From Octopus sinensis (lineage: Eukaryota), in assembly GCF_006345805.1 (NCBI RefSeq), contig NC_043002.1:60512001-60576000 (forward strand): 64,000 nucleotides of DNA, given 5' to 3'. Each line of letters opens with the position of its first letter. The stretch's first letter is position 1. Below are positions 50,062-62,108 of this stretch, piece by piece. The position numbers were made by a program, and so were the translations under genes. The notes under the pieces were generated by a model. The model was not told the origin of the DNA. It did not search any database and saw only the letters and a list, made by a program, of their open reading frames with translations.

Positions 50062-52130
50062 TTGTCTGCGTCTGTGCATGTGCGTGTGCCTATGTGTGTA
50101 TGTGCGTATGTGTGTATGTGCGTATGTGTGTAGGTGTGTGTGTGTATTTGTGTGCGTGCAAAATTGAAGGGAAACAGTGTAAGTTAGACAGATAGAAGTG
50201 GTTTGATGTTTAGATAGACCTATATGTTTCCGTGCACTTGTGTGTGATTTCATTTCTATAATAGATAAAATCAATTTTATATTATCTTAATTTTATATCA
50301 TTGATTATTTTGGTGAATTATTTTATTTACTTTCCCATGGATTTCATACTTTTGTTCAGGGAAATTTTTATTTTTCTTCGATGTTTTCCTCTTGTTCATT
50401 TTTCTGTTTAATTATTTTATGGGGTCCCCTTATTGTATCAACTTTTTCGTGTTTGTTTTCAATTTACAAAATGCTGTGTAAATATAGAGCAAAAGCATTG
50501 ACTATATTATATCTCCGAAATCTAAATAAAATTATTAACTTGTTTTTCCTATAATTCTATCGTTTCTCTCTCCTTCCTTCTTTCTCTCTGTGTCAGCACT
50601 TGCCGATAGAAATTAAAGGCGCTTGAGAATTGCAATTAGTTGTATTGAAGTTTCAGAATAGAATTCCATTAGAATACATACAATGGTGGAGGAGAAGCAT
50701 TAATTTTAAACACAAATAAAAGTTAAAAAGCTAATATTGGGTTAATGTTTTAAAAATTTCAAAGACCTGTATTAAAAGTTGCTCATAAACCTTAAAAAAC
50801 AATAAAACTCACATGAGAAAAATTACATAAAAAAATATCTAACACAAAATATCTTAATGGAAATCAGTTTGTAGATTAGAAGGTACGGAATTATTTTTGG
50901 ATATTTCTTTAGAATCAATTGTCCATTTTTCAATAATTTTTGTGAGGGAGATCCGTTCGTATTTATTTTATTGTTGTATTTATTATTTGTTCTTTTCAAA
51001 ATGGAGGATTTATATTTGAAATGCTGCTGTCAAATATTTAAACATTCCACACAGAAAGAGAGAACAAATCGTTAATTTGAAACGCAGCTATTGGCGATGT
51101 AACAGATTGATTTTCATGATCTATGACAGGTATTAAATTCAAGCGTGTATTATTTCCTATCACCTCAGTCGCTGGGCTACTCAAATTATAAGGAATAAAA
51201 ACATGCATATAGCAAACACTTGTACAATATTATTTATCCAACATACTTTGTTTCATAACGGTACTCAATGTGGCAGCAATCGTTTACTTGTTTCCATTTA
51301 GATATTGCAAATACTGTGATTGGCTGTATTGACAAAACAGGAAATGTGTTATTAATAATGTGATATTTCCGTGATACAAAGAGGTATTAGATATCTAGAT
51401 AGAGTAATTTCATAATAGAATTGTATATAATTATCAATTAAAATATTAATAGTTAGGCCTGATATCTATTGGGTTTCAAACGCTTCTACAATTCAGAGGA
51501 CATTACATATATACACAATATTCTGAATAAAGATTGTGAAATTGTTTGGAGGTTATACATTGCAATATTGTCTTCAGCACACTTGTCACTCTAAATGACC
51601 TGCATCAGTCATTGGAGCGCAATCAAAACGACATTTTCTCCATCATCGAGTGACATTTTTAGAATTTAGTATTCAATGCAAGTGACCCCATTGACATTTT
51701 CGTTACGTAAACTCTAAACACGTCATTGCCTAGGACGAGAAATACACAAACATATGTGAGAGTTGATTTCGAAAGCAAGGTTGTAAATCCGTTACAAATT
51801 GGGAACATATAATTACACCCATAATAAGTAGTCAAAAAGAACGTTTATACTTAGACCCTACCTTCGTTTTTACTTACATTACGTTCTGCAAACGTTTCAA
51901 TTCAATTTTCAAAATTTTCTGCAAATAAAAACATGTATTTATAAAATTACTATTACATAGCAGTAAATAGTTTTTCTCTTATCTCTCTATATAAGTGAAA
52001 GCGACGGCAAACGTGAAAATCTAACATTCTTACCTTGGCCGAAGTAGGCACTTGTATACACAGTTATCTTTAGTGAATTTCTATTAGTTTAGTTATGTGA
52101 ATCATTTCTGAATTCATACCAACATAAGGG

Positions 52131-52334
52131 TGACCGCGTGTGTACGAATGGGGATTTGTTTTCCTCCGTCTCCCCTTCTTTGGATCTTTCCTTTTTCTAT
52201 GTTTCTGACAAAGAGCTCCACTCGAAACGTTAAATCCTCCTTCTTTCCTTCTTTCCTGAGCGTCTAATAATACTATACTTGTTCCACGTCCTCGCGTTGT
52301 TGTGTTTTCTCTGTGTTTTCATGTTTGGATTAAC

Positions 52335-52336
<2 letters not shown>
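52131..52336 (+). mobile_element. Family P1 hammerhead-bearing element (G8>A copy)
   Basis: gttt-CTGACAA-a-GAGC(tcc)ACTC-GAAA-cg-TT-aaat at 52201-52235. Confidence 0.8.
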
Positions 52337-52405
<69 letters not shown>

Positions 52406-52629
52406 TATATATACATATATATGTATATATATGTATATGCATACGTATATATATATGTATATATGCGTATGTATATATGTATGTATATGTGTATGCATAC
52501 ATATGTATATATATATATATATATATATATTTATAATATATATGCACATATATATATGTATATATATGTGCATATATATGTATGTATGCATGTATGTATG
52601 TATAAGCTCCTTATATATATGTTTAATAC

Positions 52630-52785
52630 CGGGTTCTTTCTGTTTCTGATTAGCAAATCAACTCAAATGACGTTAGTCGGCCCGATGCTAGAGTAGTGGA
52701 CACTAGCATAAGGTGCCACGCAGTAGGACTGGACCAGAAACCATGTGGTTAGGAAGCAAGCTTTTTACCACAGCGCTCCACCTGT
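52630..52785 (-). mobile_element. SINE family A, 5' half, degenerate
   Basis: GGTGCCACGCAGTAGGACTG..AACCATGTGGTTAGGAAGCAAGCT. Confidence 0.7.
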
Positions 52786-53562
52786 GTGTGTATATATGTA
52801 TGAATTTAGCATGTGTATGTGTTTATGGGTGTGCGTGTGCACAAATGAAAATATGGTTTAAAAGTTCAGTTGAACATTTATAAGCACCGTGTGGAGACCA
52901 TACTTGGCTAACTAACACAAATGTCCGGTGATAAATATTTTAATCTGCAAAGACCATAAATTTACTTCCCGTGCCTGTTGTGTTTCTAAATCCGAAGTTC
53001 CATCGCAGATTATATTTAGTATAAGGTCACAAAGAATAGTGGAAAAACATATAAAGAATGTAAAATTAAACAATATTTAAATAGCTTTGCAAGTCTGATA
53101 AAGCTAGAATGGTGTTAAACCTCTATCTGCGTAGAATCTTAGTCGATCACACATGAGATCGATTAATATGCATGATTATTGCATCCTAGAATTTGGAATG
53201 TGCCAAACTATCGCAAACGTGCAACGTGTTTAAAGACTGCACATTTCTCAGTTCTTTCATTTTGGTGTGTACGTACGAGAACTCACTTGTAATCCAGGTC
53301 ATTACTTAGCGCATCGAGTTGTAAAGAGCAACATGGATTATTTAAGGCAAGCAATTCCACTGTATTTTATCAGATAGATAAACCCTGTTTTCGCTTTGAT
53401 GGATTATATATACTTTACCGACAGGATATCCATTACAGATATAACGAATACGGAGATGATTACATTTGCATATCTTCTTTCTACAGTCAATTATACATGT
53501 ACATTTGACTGTAGAAAGAAAACAATATGTAGATAAATTAATCTCCTTCTTCGTATTCTTTT

Positions 53563-53643
<81 letters not shown>

Positions 53644-53738
53644 ATACATATAACGTGTGAAATATAATAATTTAATAAAATCAATAAATTTCACCTAGTG
53701 GTCTTTCGGTGTAGAAAGGACCATATTCGGTAAAAATT

Positions 53739-54052
53739 TATATAATTATAATAACGGGTTTTTTGCAACAAGTGGCTTAAACCACATATTAGAAATAGCA
53801 GTCAAAGGGCTACTATTACTATTACTACAAAAATAAGTCTCCACCAACAACAGTATTTGTAACTCATATATGGTAAAAAGATTGAAGACAGTGAAATCAC
53901 ACAGTCTACAACAGTATATGAGTTACAAATACTGTTGTTTGTGGAGACTTATTTTTGTAGTAATAGTAATAGTAGCCCTTTGACTGCTATTTCTAATATT
54001 TTCGGTATGTGGTTTAAGCAACTTGTTGCAAAAAACCCTTTATTATAATTAT
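53739..54052. repeat. Fold-back element, arms about 132/138 bp, 44-nt spacer; same family as 36237-36433
   Basis: 53739-53870 versus 53915-54052; the right arm has an 8-nt insertion (TTTCGGTA). It shares ATAATTATAAT..GG.TTT..GCAA..TAGAAATAGCAGT with 36237. Confidence 0.9.
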
Positions 54053-54079
54053 AATTATATATATATAAATGTATGTATG

Positions 54080-54123
<44 letters not shown>

Positions 54124-54446
54124 TGTATATCTGTATACATAAATGCGTAACGGTGTCTGTCTTTGTGTGTGTTTGGGGTTACTCTAACTCCTTCCATACC
54201 GTCCAACAGATTTTATTGATTTTTGGCACATAGGTACATCACATGCCTTGAGGTTTAAGCAAGGCTGGAATTTTTCGAAAACACGATAATGCTCCTTTCG
54301 CATCGATTTTTGTGTGCTGAATCGGGCGTTTGAATGGAAATTCCCATAACGATATCTATATGTGTGTGTGTGTGTGTGTGTGTTGTGTATGTATATATAT
54401 ATATATGTGTGTGTGTGTGGAGAGAGAGAGAGAGAGAGAGAGAGAA

Positions 54447-54512
<66 letters not shown>

Positions 54513-54784
54513 CCAGGAGGAAAGATCGAGACGACGAAGTTGTGGCGAAGTAGTCAGCAGAATTTCGCCATTACCTTCTGCCAGAGCCGCATGGAGCTTA
54601 ATTATTTCGTCCATAAACACATACGTTACCTGTTCTGGAATTCGGACCCGCGATCATTCGACCGGTAGTCGGTTGTTCTAGCCACCAGGCTATATACACA
54701 GTGTTTGTATTTCCGTATCCTATTTTAAAAATAAACGTATATAAAAAAATTAAAATATCAAGTACATTATGGTTGTGTGACAGC

Positions 54785-55400
54785 GGTTTGCACAAAAGTA
54801 ACGCCCTCGGTCTCCATCACAGCCTCAAGGCATCTCCGGAACAAACCATGGGCGTACCTTCTTCATGATGTTCGTTGGAAGAGCTTCGAACTTATGCTTG
54901 GTCTCGTCCAACAACTTGGACTTGTCCACGAACTTGACATTGGTGTTGCAGGCAGAGTGTTTGATTCCTTTATGAACCATCAGACCCCACATAGCAATCC
55001 TCTTAGAGGACTTAGGAGGTCATAAATCGGGTATCGTGAAGTCGTACCAAATCCCCGACAATCACTTTTGACAGCCAAATCTACTGCCACACACATGCCT
55101 TTCTAACAGCAAGTATCTTCCTCCAGGGCTTGACCCCAGCCTCTATCAGCTTCAAATAGTCGTCTGAATTGAGCCTAAGGCCCTGTTCATCACATGTCGG
55201 ATGCGTTCCGGTGCGCAGCTACAGTCACTACATCTGGTATGTCCCTTCCTACTGGTTACGGCTTCGTATTTCCATCGAAGCCATCCATGTAGCGTTTCAG
55301 TCTTTACACAGTTCATAGAGCATTGAGCAACAATCATAGTGTTGCACTTTGAAACCCGGTGCGAATCATCATGATGCAGGGAACTCTTTCCCAATATTTA
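54785..55400 (-). mobile_element. Tc1/mariner (DD37D maT-like) transposase remnant, third family
   Basis: EQGLRLNSDDYLKLIEAGVKPW..VWQ*..YV..HSACNT..FRRCLEAVMETEG, multiple frameshifts. Confidence 0.75.
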
Positions 55401-55653
55401 GATGGGTTCCACTCTTCGATGTCAGTTTATCCTAATTTACAACTTTAATAGTTATGCTCTAGAACGCCGATGACAGTTCACCACTATATCGAGCTGTGCC
55501 TAAATAAACAATCATAAATATCGTCAAATATATATGAATACATTTTTTTATTCTCCTTTTTGATTCTGCCATTTGACTGCATGGATATTAAAGGTAGTAT
55601 CCATGCAGGAAATTACCTTTAGTCGAACACATTGACCCCATGACTTATTCTTT

Positions 55654-55835
55654 CTACTAACCCCAAAATTCCGAGTTCGATTTCAGGCACTAACCTGAAT
55701 AATTAATAATAATAACAATAATAATATCGAAATATACATTAGGAATGAGAACCCAGATTAGAAATTTCCCCAAGACACCAGATGAAGCCTGGAGGGTATA
55801 TCACCCAAAATATTATGTTAACAACAATCAAGATG
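55654..55835 (+). mobile_element. Composite element (5'-truncated): tRNA-like B box + (AAT)n + P3 hammerhead module
   Basis: CTACTAACCCCA..TCCGAGTTCGATTTCAGGC, AAT-rich linker, TTAGGAATGAGAACCCAG..ACACCAGATGAAGCCTGGAGGGTATATCAC; colinear with 57643-58000. Confidence 0.7.
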
Positions 55836-56040
55836 GTACTTATGGGAGCAAATGTCTTCGAAGACTCGTATTGTCGTTCAATACTTGAAATGAGGAGTAG
55901 ATAGACACCTGATGAAAGGTCATTCTTTGTATTACTTGTCCTGCTTCCCATTTGTTTCTCTCGTTGTTTGCGTATTCAAATCATTTCTTTTCGTATTTCA
56001 TGTTATTAACTATTAATGACGTCCTGTACGCATATATGGT

Positions 56041-56081
<41 letters not shown>

Positions 56082-56105
56082 TTGTATACACACACACACA
56101 CACAC

Positions 56106-56154
<49 letters not shown>

Positions 56155-56156
<2 letters not shown>

Positions 56157-56324
56157 CGCAGGAGTGGCTGTGTGGTAAGTAGCTTGCTAACCAACCACAT
56201 GATTCCGGGTTCAGTCTCACTGCGTGGCATCTTGGGCAAGTGTCTTCTGCTATAGCCTCGGGTCGACCAATGCCTTGTGAGTGGATTTGGTAGACGGAAA
56301 CTGAAAGAAGCCTGTCGTATATAT

Positions 56325-56364
<40 letters not shown>

Positions 56365-56570
56365 GTTTGTGTGTCTGTGTTTGTCCCCCCAGCATTGCTT
56401 GACAACCGATGCTGGTGTGTTTACGTCCCCGTTACTTAGCGGTTCGGCAAAAGAGACCGATAGAATAAGTACTGGGCTTACAAAGAATAAGTCCCGGCGT
56501 CGATTTGCTCGACTAAAGGCGGTGCTCCAGCATGGCCGCAGTCAAATGACTGAAACAAGTAAAAGAGTAA
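56155..56570 (+). mobile_element. Full-length SINE family A
   Basis: Near-identical to 7460-7874; inserted in (TA)n. Confidence 0.92.
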
Positions 56571-56577
56571 TATATAT

Positions 56578-56876
56578 ATCACGTGATCGACCAGACCATC
56601 AGATGTTATTGCACATCGCTGGTCGCAATGCGCTTCACATTGTTTTAGCCTTTGAATGACGCCACCCTGCTGGGTAAGCGAGCAGGCCAACAGAAGAAAG
56701 AGTGGGAGAAAGAGTGGTGAAAGAGTACAGCAGGGATCACCCCCCCCCCTGCCGGAGCCCCGTGGAGCTTTTAGGTGTTTTCGCTCAATAAACACTCACA
56801 ACGCCTGGCCTGGGAATCGAAACCGCGATCCTACGACCGTGAGTCCGCTGCCTAACCACTGGGCCATTGCGTCTCC
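56578..56876 (-). mobile_element. SINE family C with tail 2, tail-to-tail with the family A copy
   Basis: Homologous to 37742-38021. Confidence 0.85.
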
Positions 56877-56894
56877 ACACACACACACACACAC

Positions 56895-56926
<32 letters not shown>

Positions 56927-57642
56927 CGATGGATGTTTATAAGTGTCCGTCTCATAAAGCCACAGTTAAGGCTTTGGGATATAGTGAAAGGCATTTGCCC
57001 AAGGTAAAATGCCGGATGATTGTTTGCTAAGAAAGCTTCTCAACCAATCACCCATACATACATATATATATACACACACACACATGCCCGCATACACATA
57101 TACTCACACAAACACAAACAGATACACACGCGGATGCGCACACACGCATTTATAGATTTGCCTATGTATGTGTATGTATGTGTTTGTATATATGTATATT
57201 TGTAATATTACTGCCTCAACATTCATCCTATCTTGACAGAAAAGCATAAAATTGTTATTCTCATAATTCTTTAACGTACCCGATTTTATCGCAGCTGTCT
57301 GATTTTATTATCAAACATGATCAAAACATTATCATGCATTTCTAACATTCGTATATATAAAATATTAAAGCTGCACTTTTTTTTTCATTCTAAACAGCGT
57401 AAACTATATTTTTATATTCCAGCCCTACAGACGAATCTTAACACTCTCAATACATTTAAAAAATACTATTTGTATTAAATTAGGAATGGTATCATAGTAC
57501 GATAATGATATGGAATAATAAAGTTCAGTTGTATATTTAAGGGATGAGGAATTATGTACGTTATTTGCATTATTTACATTTGAAGGATACATACATATAT
57601 ACATATGCACGCACACGCACGCGTGCACATACACACAGGCAC

Positions 57643-57765
57643 GGGCATGTGGCGTAGTGGTTAAGAGTGCAGGCTACTAACCCCATGACTCCGAGTTCGA
57701 TTCCATGCTGTTACTTGAATAAAAATAATATTAATGATGATGATGATAACAACAACAACAACAAC

Positions 57766-57851
<86 letters not shown>

Positions 57852-58000
57852 CTTAGCATGAGAACCCAGGTTCGAAATTTCCCCAAGGCATTTGATGAAG
57901 GCTGGATGGTATATCAGCCGAAACGTTGTGTTAACAACAAAGAAGATGTGGACAAATATCCGTCAACTGTAAATAATGTAAATAATGTAAATAGATAGTA
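57643..58000 (+). mobile_element. Composite element: complete tRNA-like head (A and B boxes) + (GAT/AAC/AAT)n + P3 hammerhead module + (TGTAAATAA)n tail
   Basis: A box TGGCGTAGTGG 57650-57660, B box GAGTTCGATTCC 57683-57694. Hammerhead 57887-57931: gcat-TTGATGA-a-GGCTG(10 nt)CAGCC-GAAA-cg-TT-gtgt. Confidence 0.8.
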
Positions 58001-58379
58001 AAGTTTTTTAAATTTGAAGATTGAATATGTATTTCGGCCTGGTTGCCGATGCGTGCAATCGGTTCATAATTATTGATTTTTTTTTTTATAAAGAAGCTAA
58101 GCTTCCCAATCTGTTTAGAGTTACTTCACTTATTCTCTGATACAGAAATACAGCAAAAAGGAAAAAATAACAAATGCTTGAAATGTGTCTGTTAGTGCAT
58201 GGTGAAAGCTCTGAACTAACTTTGGTTTATTCAACAACTTTAACCTAGAGTAAGAATTCTTCTCCTTCGCTGACCACAGTGATCATACGTATTTACAGTT
58301 CAAATGTTCCCAAATGCCAGGTGCATTCCAGACCTTTTGAGAGTTTTCTAGGCGAGGTAGTTATATCTGTCCTAAATTA

Positions 58380-59000
58380 CTGAAATTATAGCATAGTTTT
58401 ACTTTTCATTTTATAAACTGGCCTGCCAGCGTTTGTTATTCTGATGTGAAGGAGACAGCAGTAACACTGCTTTGCATATATCTCTGTTGCATTGCTTATC
58501 ACAGCTGACTAGCATGCTAAATGCAGTCGGGACGTGATGAGGATTTGTAAGCCGCCTATAAGTTTTGTGTCAAAATGAGATAAACGTCGCAGAGAATTAT
58601 GAAATGTTCCAGAATGATATGGATTAACATGTATGAGTCAAGCATCTATTTTTCGCTGTCAAAAGAGGCCAGGCAAAGCAAGTTCACCGGGAAGTTCATA
58701 ATGGTTAACTCTTTCGACAGCAAGTGTGTCATCTACCTTCACTGGGTTCTTTCTGGGTAGGCAGTTAACAAAGTGTAGGTTGTGATGATTTTGAGGCAGT
58801 TCAGGAAGTGGTTTTGTTGCAAGGTCTAGAGCACCTGCACTAGTACAATGCACCAGTTTTCATTTCTCACTTGATAACCAAATACTAGATAGGTAAAGAT
58901 GGCCATCACAACTGCCCCTCTCTCTACCTACTGTCCAGACCTTATCCTCTGGGATTTGTTGTTGTACCCTAAAGTGAAAGAGAAGATGAAGGACATTGTG
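58380..59000 (+). mobile_element. Mariner (DD34D-like) element, internally deleted and decayed
   Basis: N-terminal ..IKFCVK.. remnant near 58555, then FIMVNSFDSKCVIYLHWV..NAPV..YCPDLILWDLLLYPKVKEKMK (decayed YSPDL motif). Confidence 0.72.
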
Positions 59001-59799
59001 ACTCCTGGATACCTTCATGTGGGAGTACATCAATGGGGCCTTCACACAACGTGCATAGAAAATATAAGGTCCTACTTTGAAAGAGTTCACACATTTTCGA
59101 ATTTTACAAATGTCTATTCAAAACAAAAAATCTCAAAACTTCTGGAACAAATTTTGTGCATATAAATTGATCTAAAGTTTGCTTATAAATAACTCTTTTC
59201 GAACGAATTAGTTAAGCAGAAAATAGTATCTAGTGTCTGCCTTTCCATTTAACTGAGATAGACAACTATTTTCTATTTTACTTTCTAAAAGATTATATGC
59301 ATTTTAAACATTCTTTCAACTATTCTCTTACACAAAATATTTGTAACTATTCAAATTCGGGCTTCAGTATCTTCTTCCACTTTCTCATCATAAATTTAAA
59401 TCTGTTCACAGCGATTTAGCGAGTTGACATATTTTAGTATTTCTCAAACAATCACATACCACATTATTTTAATCCATTTTTTCCGATGCTTACATCTCCA
59501 ACTCCACGTCAATCAACAAATTCCCAAACGGAAAACACATAGATGTGATTTTTTTTTAAATATTAAAAAAAATTCATATATCTTAATACATATAATGTAA
59601 ATGTATATATATGTATATATATATATATGTAATAATATAATTTACATGTATTCTTGGGACGTAATTAGTTATGGAGGACGTCTTCCTGATGAAGGGGACA
59701 TTACTTACAAGGATAAGTTAAACTTTTGAACTTTTTACCTTACCGAAAATGTACAGCAGAAACGGCTGTCATATGGACTTCCTCTAATAACGGGATTTA

Positions 59800-60530
59800 A
59801 CCCTTAATTCTTAATCCTAAATTGTTCTAGTAATGTAGCTATTTGCTCTCTGAACTGTCTAATCTTTTTTGCAATTCGATGATTTCAACGCCTTCCTACT
59901 TTTACTGTATATAATTTATATATGTTGTATTTTTTCTATAGCTAGTTTATCATTCTATTTTCAGTCTCTATTCATTTTCCTGTTAATGTGTTCTCTTTCA
60001 TTTGCACTCAACATATTTACAGCTCACATATTTTACATTCTTTTCATTCATATTTTATTTATATATTTATATGTTGTTTCGTTTTGGATTTGGTTTGCAA
60101 ATTCATTATGTGAGTTCATCTGTTGAAGCATAGTTTGTTGTGTCTGGGGAGGGTTATTCCCTTTCAGTGCCTTATAATTTAACACACTCATCGGTAAAAT
60201 TTCCATTCGTTTCCTTCTTTATTTTTCTTAAATTTTAATTGCGCCTGGCAAACTTTTCAATAGTTTTCATTCGTTCGTCTTTGGATTCGGTTTGCAGGAT
60301 TCTTTATATGAGTTTGTATATTTAAGAATATTCTCCTGTGACTGGGGAGTCATTTTCGTTTCTTGCCTTATAATTTAACACGCTCACCGGTAAAAAGTAT
60401 AGTGCTATTGGACGCTCAGGAAAGGAAGGAAAGAAGGAGAATTTAACGTTTCGAGCGGAGCTCTTCTTCAGAAACATAGGAAAAGGAAAGATCCAAGGAA
60501 GGGAAGACGGAGGAAAAAAAATCGCCAAGA
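59800..60530 (-). mobile_element. Family P1 element continuing into a decayed ORF 5' stub (ILPVSVLNYKA.. present twice, in tandem); probable PLE 5' region
   Basis: P1 sequence at 60400-60530. TTATAATTTAACAC.CTCA.CGGTAAAA is repeated at about 60172 and 60368. Confidence 0.6.
60441..60475 (-). ncRNA. Minimal type-I hammerhead ribozyme with intact core (family P1)
   Basis: GUUU-CUGAAGA-A-GAGC(UCC)GCUC-GAAA-CG-UU-AAAU; the palindromic ACGU stem III implies dimer-dependent activity. Confidence 0.72.
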
Positions 60531-60538
60531 GTATAAAC

Positions 60539-60574
<36 letters not shown>

Positions 60575-60744
60575 GGAGAGAGAGAGAGATTCGTATTGAT
60601 CTGTATTAATATGTATTCATGTATATGTGTTTAAAAAAAACAAAAAAAATTTGGTCTATGTGTTTTAAGTTTGAGAAGTTGCTGATTGTCCTGAGTTTAC
60701 CTCTTCAATTGCCGTTCGTTAAAACAGACACAGACATACACACA

Positions 60745-60781
<37 letters not shown>

Positions 60782-60789
60782 CCACACAC

Positions 60790-60950
60790 ACATACGAAGG
60801 GCTTTTGCAATTCCCGTCTATCAAATCCACTCGCAAGGCTTTGGTCGACCCGAGGCTATAGTAGAAAACGCTTGTCGAAGGTGCCACGCAGAGGAACACG
60901 ATCTGGAACCATGTCTTTGGGAAGCAAGCTTCTTACTACACTGTCATGAC
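60790..60950 (-). mobile_element. SINE family A, 5' half
   Basis: CCGTCTATCAAATCCACTC.CAAGGCTTTGGTCGACCCGAGGCTATAGTAG..GGTGCCACGCAG. Confidence 0.75.
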
Positions 60951-61161
60951 TGTATACACACACACACACACATAACAATATATATATATATATATATATA
61001 TCTATAATATATATATATACTATATATTATATATAAAACATATAAATTAGAGAGCAAATAACACGTGTTTCATCCTTATATATTATAATTTTTCAAATCC
61101 TCCGCGCCATAGCAGATTCAATCGGCAGCAAATAAAAAATCCGATTAAAGTGCAGAAATTG

Positions 61162-61193
<32 letters not shown>

Positions 61194-61196
<3 letters not shown>

Positions 61197-61861
61197 AATT
61201 GAGATAGGAGTTGTAAATGCAACCCTCCATGGGATAACATATATCCAATATACTGCCAGTGAAGTACCCAACAAAGTTAATACATAAGTATGTGATTGAG
61301 TATTATCTGGTAATTGATATTTGATTCCGATGTATTTCTCCATTTTCTTATTTTGTATTATGAATTTGTGGTAAATTACTTTACCTTTGTCCATATAATA
61401 CAGTAAATGAAATAATTGCATCGCAATTCTTAACATTTATCTATTAAATTTGTTGGGTACTTCACTGGCAGTATATTGGATATATGTTATCCCATGGAGG
61501 GTTGCATTTACAACCCCTATCTCAATTTGTAACTATAGTTAACTTTCTGAGGAATCTGAATTGCTCATACTTGTATACTTGAAGCATCCACTCACTACTC
61601 TAAGTATCGATAGTGTATGTGAATACACCCAAGTATAGTACATTTATTCCTGAAAGATCATTACTGCTAGTAAAATGGAGAAGATACTAATCAATTCATC
61701 AATGAGGGATGTAACCATCCCTACTAAGGACCACTACGCCAAAGAGCTAATTTATAGAACATTATAGTTTCTAATGTATGTGTTTAATAAAGTATGTGAT
61801 TGAGTATTATCTGGTAATTGATATTTGATTTCGATGTATTTCTCCATTTTCCTATTTTGTA
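61194..61861. mobile_element. Inverted + direct repeat mosaic (A-B-spacer-A'-ORF stub-B), probable Penelope-like insertion
   Basis: 82-bp inverted repeat 61194-61275/61449-61530 (1 mismatch); 72-bp direct repeat 61286-61357/61790-61861 (2 mismatches); stub MEKILINSSMRDVTIPTKDHYAKELIYRTL* at 61675-61767. Both ends abut (TA)n. Confidence 0.75.
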
Positions 61862-61961
61862 TATATATATATATATATGTACGTCCCCGATAGCAACGGT
61901 ATTAGTTTTACACAGAATAAGTCGTGGTGTCGATTTCTTCGACTAAAGACTATGCTCCAGC

Positions 61962-62007
<46 letters not shown>

Positions 62008-62057
62008 TATACATACATATACATATATATACACGCACACACATATATATATATATG

Positions 62058-62108
<51 letters not shown>

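Noticed and set aside
59683-59775. Additional hammerhead-like remnants (CTGATGAAGGGG..GAAACGG here; also about 61060-61110 minus and 55909 plus)
   Set aside because: Stem II or stem I cannot be closed convincingly, so they were not counted.
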